Source of the DNA: Candidatus Nomurabacteria bacterium RIFCSPLOWO2_01_FULL_41_12
GTDB lineage: Bacteria; Patescibacteriota; Minisyncoccia; Phycocordibacterales; UBA9973
Assembly: GCA_001787035.1 (NCBI GenBank)
Contig: MFUY01000011.1
Span: forward strand, 1-32,473
DNA length: 32,473 bases
Direction: 5' to 3'
The notes beneath the pieces were generated by a model, which saw only the letters and a program-made list of their open reading frames with translations, did not search any database and had not been told where the DNA came from. Positions 28,260 through 32,473 of the stretch are shown in pieces (within the stretch, counting starts at the first letter, position 1; the number at the start of each line of letters is the position of its first letter). The translations under genes and the position numbers were made by a program.

Positions 28260-28335
28260 AATTCTGGCGCCTTCGCCCTCGGAGACAAAGGACAGGGAAC
28301 CCACGACGCTGAGAATTTCACCGGATATCTGGCTC
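28241..28335. repeat. 95-bp hairpin element overlapping the stop codon
   Basis: Perfect 15-bp IR gagccagatatccgg / ccggatatctggctc plus inner aaattct/agaattt and ccct/aggg pairings. Confidence 0.7.
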
Positions 28336-28340
28336 TAAAT

Positions 28341-28463
28341 TATAAAATTCTTGAAACATAATTTTTCGCAGGGTTTTGAGCGCGACGGCGCGAGAACTTC
28401 AGGATTTTTTAAGCTTCAAAAAATCCGTACCAAAGAGAAATTGATGTTTTTAGAATTTTGTTA
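28341..28463 (+). repeat. Three-way-junction repeat, copy D
   Basis: Core 28371-28431 is nearly identical to copy A. Different outer stem (ataaaattct..aaacat..aattt / aaatt..atgttt..agaattttgt). Confidence 0.85.
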
Positions 28464-28961
28464 TTCCTCGGCTACTGGCACGATCTGCCACTTACCTCCA
28501 CCCAAGCCGTTGCCATTTACGTCGCCGGGAATTTTGTCTCCTATGTAATAATACACCGGCTGTATGCCATAAGCATATTGGCGCGTTCCATCGCTCCTTT
28601 TAGCGGCGTTTAACTTTTTATCCAGAGGATTGGTCATAGTTGCAAAGTTTTGCGTAGTGTCCCACATAAATGGAGGCCAATTTTTTACACAATCCCCGGC
28701 ACAAGTACTCTTGAGCCTTTCATCATCTTTAAATGCATAGAGTGTCATCCCTTCTGAGTCTGTCAGATATACTCCAAGTTTTTCACTTTTTACATAACCG
28801 ACAACCTTACCAGCCACTAAATTAAGACCAGGCACCTCATCTTCGTCTATGGTCGCACTACCCCCATTTTGTACTCTCGGTGTTTTGTTTAAGAAAAATA
28901 TTAATCCCCCAATTAACACTAAAACTATTACAAACGCACTAATTATATTTTTATTTTCCAT
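28461..28961 (-). CDS. COG4315 / Lipoprotein_15 repeat protein, TM-anchored
   Basis: YLTDSEGMTLYAFKDD, STCAGDCVKNWPP, RSDGTRQYAY, PVYYYIGDKIPGDVNGNG..W. Start moved to MENKN at 28961. Confidence 0.85.
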   Translation of the reverse strand: MENKNIISAFVIVLVLIGGLIFFLNKTPRVQNGGSATIDEDEVPGLNLVAGKVVGYVKSEKLGVYLTDSEGMTLYAFKDDERLKSTCAGDCVKNWPPFMWDTTQNFATMTNPLDKKLNAAKRSDGTRQYAYGIQPVYYYIGDKIPGDVNGNGLGGGKWQIVPVAEE

Positions 28962-29004
28962 ACCTATATAATAACGCTTTTTTGATTTTTTGCAGACATA
29001 ACAC

Positions 29005-29109
29005 TGTGGATAACTCCCCTTGATTGACAAATAGGTTTTTTAAGAGTATAATGGCGATTGAGAAGGGGCGTTCTGTCCCTCGCTCATCGTCAATAGAAGA
29101 ATTGGAGGT
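29005..29109 (+). promoter_or_regulatory. Consensus promoter, DnaA box and strong SD for the GC-rich gene
   Basis: TGTGGATAA 29005-29013; TTGACA(29024-29029)-17-TATAAT(29047-29052); GGAGGT 29104-29109. Confidence 0.8.
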
Positions 29110-29114
29110 GACCC

Positions 29115-30329
29115 ATGGGTCGCTACAGCTGGCTTTTCGTCGTCGTGCTGGCGACCGTGTTGGTCGCCGCTTGCAGTGAGCCTTACAAGCCCACTGCGCC
29201 GTCGTCGCCCTCTTCGTCTCTCACGTCAGGCGTTTGGTTTGCGCCTGGTACGTCGGAAATGGCGTCGGTGCACGATGTGGAACCGGAACCGGCACCCTTG
29301 CCGACCCCGGAACCGGAACCGGCACCCTTGCCGGCACCGGAGCCGACCGTCGTGCATCCTGGCACCGTCACGGACGTCGCTGGCAAGCCCATCGGGGGTG
29401 TCAAGGTGATGTTCCTTGACGGACTCAACGTTGGCAAGTTCACGTTTACGAATGCCGACGGTGACTATGTTGGCGCGTATGCGTTTACCGATGCGTTGGT
29501 CGGAAACGCGAACCTATCAGCCACGAAGGTTGGGTACGCAGAGCAGATCCTTGGCATCTACGTTGACGGCATCAACACGCTTGATTTCGTGCTGAGCGCT
29601 ATGTCGACACAGTCCCCGAGGGCTGTGGACGACAACTACACCGTCCAGCTCGGCACGGTTCTGAATGTTCCGGCCCCTGGAGTCCTGGCGAACGACTCTA
29701 TTCCGGCGGGAATGACGGTTACGGCATCATTCCCGCCACCGAGGCCACCAGGGACCTTGACCAACACTGGGGGTGGGGGGTTTACGTATAACCCCATCGT
29801 TGACCCTCAGAACCCGCCTGTCGTGCGGTTTCAATACCTGATCCAAACAGCGGCTGGAGCAATCAATGGAGCAACCGTGACGGTTAACTTCGTTGTTGAT
29901 CCTACAAAGCCAACCATCAGCATCAGGGAGGTGCTGCCGGCGAGCCCTGCGGGGCCGCTGCCACGTGGGAACTTGAGCACGGTTCGAGTTCTTCTGCATT
30001 TCGAGCAAAACAACTGGGCCGGGACGGACAGGATGACCGCTTGGCTCTGCGGGGCTGATGATCGTCCGAGTATGATCATCCGGACCAGTTGTCAGGCGAA
30101 CAGCGTGAGCAGGCAGTCGCCGGACTTGTACCTCAACCCCACGCTGGGGCTCCGGGGCCCGTCTGACTGCGGAATCGTCAAGGTCACGCGGCTCGTGGCG
30201 TTCCTCACGCCGACGAACGAGACGCCACATGTGCCCTCGCCTACGGATCCTTACAAGTCTGAGGTGGGGATCACTATGTGGGCTCGCGCTGAGCGAGCCG
30301 TCGACTGGACCTATCAGCCGTGCAATTAG
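29115..30329 (+). CDS. GC-rich lipoprotein with Pro-rich linker, carboxypeptidase-regulatory-like and Ig-like (Big_9-type) domains
   Basis: Lipobox LVAAC; GTVTDVAGKPIGGVKV..TNADGDY..ATKVGY; AVDDNYTV..LNVPAPGVLAND..GGFTYNP. Confidence 0.75.
   Translation: MGRYSWLFVVVLATVLVAACSEPYKPTAPSSPSSSLTSGVWFAPGTSEMASVHDVEPEPAPLPTPEPEPAPLPAPEPTVVHPGTVTDVAGKPIGGVKVMFLDGLNVGKFTFTNADGDYVGAYAFTDALVGNANLSATKVGYAEQILGIYVDGINTLDFVLSAMSTQSPRAVDDNYTVQLGTVLNVPAPGVLANDSIPAGMTVTASFPPPRPPGTLTNTGGGGFTYNPIVDPQNPPVVRFQYLIQTAAGAINGATVTVNFVVDPTKPTISIREVLPASPAGPLPRGNLSTVRVLLHFEQNNWAGTDRMTAWLCGADDRPSMIIRTSCQANSVSRQSPDLYLNPTLGLRGPSDCGIVKVTRLVAFLTPTNETPHVPSPTDPYKSEVGITMWARAERAVDWTYQPCN
29280..29339 (+). repeat. 30-bp tandem duplication encoding EPEPAPLP(T/A)P
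   Basis: gaaccggaaccggcacccttgccg(a/g)c(c/a)ccg, two copies. Confidence 0.85.
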
Positions 30330-30359
30330 GCTGACAGGTAGTTAGACGGGAGAAAACAA

Positions 30360-30460
30360 GGGCCGGGGCGCGAGCGCCCCGGCCCGAGGAGGCAATGTGA
30401 ATATCAAAGATAATATCAAAACGTCGTTAAGACCCTTAGGGAGCACTGGCGGCTTTTTAA
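30360..30460. terminator. Hairpins after the GC-rich gene
   Basis: gggccggggcg-cgag-cgccccggccc (30360-30385). A second imperfect hairpin gtcgtta...tggcggc is followed by a T tract. Confidence 0.55.
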
Positions 30461-30488
30461 TTTCAATAAAGTATTGTACTATCAATTT

Positions 30489-32473
30489 GTGAGTAATAAA
30501 CTTAAAAATATCGTTTCTAATCAAAAGGACTTATTTTTGTTTTTCGGGATAATCCTAATTTTGGGCATTTTTTTGTTTCAAGATAGTCCAAAAAATAAAT
30601 TTACTGTGCGTAACAGTTATCCTGAACTTTCATTTTTACAAGGCAAGAATTTTAATTTTGCCGAAAACTCAAAGTTTTTTGCGAAGTTGGCTCAAGACCA
30701 AGGCGGAGAGTATGCTTATAAGGCATTAGCATATGCGACAACGCGTTCCATTTTCCCTGCAAATATTGACACTCATTTATTAGGCCATGTGGTTGGGGAT
30801 GAATTATTTAAACAAAAAGGTCTTTTCGGTATGCAATTTTGCACTGATGACCTGCGCAATGCCTGCTCTCATTCTATTGTGGTTGGCGGGCTTCTGGCTG
30901 AAGGGATAGACGCGATAAATAAAATGGTGGGAGTTTGTAAGGGAGCACCCGGTGGTAAAGGAGCGTATCGTATGTGTGTGCATGGCTTGGGCCATGGTGT
31001 TTTGGCTTTTACCGACTACGATATGCGTAAAGCCGTTGATCTTTGCAAGCCTATCGCTACCACTTCGGAATATTCTAATATGGAGTTCGTGGAGTGCATC
31101 GGTGGTATTACTATGGAGATGATGGCTGGGGTGAATGATAAGCAGGCTTGGGAAAAACAAAAAGTTAACTATTTCAAATCTAATGACCCATTAGCCCCCT
31201 GCAATTTAGGTTTTATCCCGGAAAAAGCGGTCCATATCTGTTACACTTTTTTAACACCCCATTTATTTGAAAGCGCCGGGATAAATCCAGGAGCGCCCCC
31301 CCTTCCTATGCATCTTAAAAAAGCTTTTACTTTTTGTGAAAAAATTCCTGAAAATGAAGGTCGCAATCGGGAATCCTGCTTTGGTGGTTTTGGCAAGGAA
31401 TTCGTGGTGCTGGCAAATGAACGCAATGTGCAGAGCGTGGAGAATATGGATAGTGGAAAATTGGCTAAAATTGACGAGTGGTGTAATCTGGCTATAGATG
31501 AGGGTATAAAGCCGTGCCTTTATTCAGCGCTCCAGTCTTTATTTTGGGGCGGGGAAAATAAAAGGGATGTGGCTATTAGATTTTGCTCTATTATGGAGGA
31601 TAAACAAAAACAAACTTTCTGTTTTGAGAATTTAATTGGGGCAGTGTCTTATTATATTGTTGATGCTAAATATCGCGCGGAATTTTGTTCAGAAATCCCG
31701 GAAGGCTATCGCACAGAATGTAAATCAAAACTGGAGTTGAAAGAGCCGGCAAGATTAATTTCAAATAAAGTGTTTTTTGACTTTAATAAAATTAGAGTGA
31801 CTGAAAATGAGAAATATCAAAGATACGCCGATCAGATTTTAAAATTGTGTGGTGATAAAAATTACCGACCCGCTTGTTATGATGAAGAAATCCCTAAATT
31901 GATGGATTCTATCTCAATGGAAGATGCGTTTAAAGTTACCAAATTGGTGCAAAAGCAGGATTCGGAATATCTTTATTGCCATGTTTTAGCCCATAACTTA
32001 AGTGCCCAGGAAGTGGCTAAAAATCCCGATAATTGGAAAGATGTGGTGATTAGGTGTCCTTCAGGCACGTGTTCAAACGGCTGTATTCACGGTGGATTCC
32101 AAGAACGTTTTCGGGCTGAATCATTTTCAGCAGAGCAGATTGAGGTCCTAGTTCCAGATTTAAAAATATTATGCGAACCAAGAGGCTTATGGAAGCCGAC
32201 AGGGCTTGAACAAGGGTCTTGCTATCACGCTTTAGGGCATTTGACTATGTATTTAACCGCGGCCGATATTGATACATCGCTCAAGCTTTGTGATAGAGTG
32301 GCTCTACCGTTTTTACAGCTTTGTTATGATGGGGCTTTTATGCAGATTTCCCAGCCACTAGAACCTGAGGATTTTGCTTTGATTGCCGGAAAAGAAGTGA
32401 AAAAAGAAAAATTGAAAGATTTTTGTTCAAATTTCAAAGGGAAACAGAAAAGTTCCTGCTGGAGCGAGGGCTG
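30489..32473 (+). CDS. Exported protein with two tandem Cys/His-rich domains (3'-truncated; absent from the ORF track)
   Basis: Hand translation from GTG 30489: MSNKLKNIVSNQKDLFLFFGIILILGIFLFQ.., THLLGHVVG, CSHSIV, CVHGLGHG, CIGGITME, then CHVLAHNLS, CIHGGFQE, CYHALGH, CYDGAFMQ. No stop found before the window end. Confidence 0.85.
   Translation, partial: MSNKLKNIVSNQKDLFLFFGIILILGIFLFQDSPKNKFTVRNSYPELSFLQGKNFNFAENSKFFAKLAQDQGGEYAYKALAYATTRSIFPANIDTHLLGHVVGDELFKQKGLFGMQFCTDDLRNACSHSIVVGGLLAEGIDAINKMVGVCKGAPGGKGAYRMCVHGLGHGVLAFTDYDMRKAVDLCKPIATTSEYSNMEFVECIGGITMEMMAGVNDKQAWEKQKVNYFKSNDPLAPCNLGFIPEKAVHICYTFLTPHLFESAGINPGAPPLPMHLKKAFTFCEKIPENEGRNRESCFGGFGKEFVVLANERNVQSVENMDSGKLAKIDEWCNLAIDEGIKPCLYSALQSLFWGGENKRDVAIRFCSIMEDKQKQTFCFENLIGAVSYYIVDAKYRAEFCSEIPEGYRTECKSKLELKEPARLISNKVFFDFNKIRVTENEKYQRYADQILKLCGDKNYRPACYDEEIPKLMDSISMEDAFKVTKLVQKQDSEYLYCHVLAHNLSAQEVAKNPDNWKDVVIRCPSGTCSNGCIHGGFQERFRAESFSAEQIEVLVPDLKILCEPRGLWKPTGLEQGSCYHALGHLTMYLTAADIDTSLKLCDRVALPFLQLCYDGAFMQISQPLEPEDFALIAGKEVKKEKLKDFCSNFKGKQKSSCWSEG

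Noticed and set aside
9239..28431. CRISPR array or integron attC sites
   Set aside because: Copies are dispersed and in both orientations, with no spacers, no cas or intI genes, and no RYYYAAC/GTTRRRY ends.
1..32473. Alternative genetic code (UGA=Gly)
   Set aside because: Conserved genes are full length in code 11, and TGA ends genes at sensible positions (e.g. livM 11144, ATGA overlaps).
24592..32473. Multiheme c-type cytochromes
   Set aside because: The motifs are CxH and HxxxH; no CxxCH heme-attachment motifs were seen.

Overview
AT-rich bacterial chromosomal segment that looks like Patescibacteria/CPR (Parcubacteria-like). This is inferred from gene style: shortened trigger factor, TrmB regulator, few Shine-Dalgarno sites. 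Standard code 11 fits. Housekeeping genes (dksA/traR-like, comM, lexA, hup, rny, clpP, tig, hppA, nusA) are interleaved with a split sensor/histidine-kinase operon, a complete livKHMGF transporter, an argH + deaminase pair sitting between tig and clpP, and a GC-rich lipoprotein gene. The right end has a cluster of exported Cys/His-rich proteins with five copies of one uncharacterised putative dimetal domain, one fused to an atypical cupredoxin; the last gene (30489 to the end) is missing from the ORF track. The window is dense in small palindromic elements: five sit in-frame inside conserved proteins, four copies of a covarying three-way-junction repeat are intergenic, and two MITE-like elements share a CTTG/CAAG target duplication next to -35 boxes. 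No rRNA, tRNA, CRISPR array or transposase was seen.
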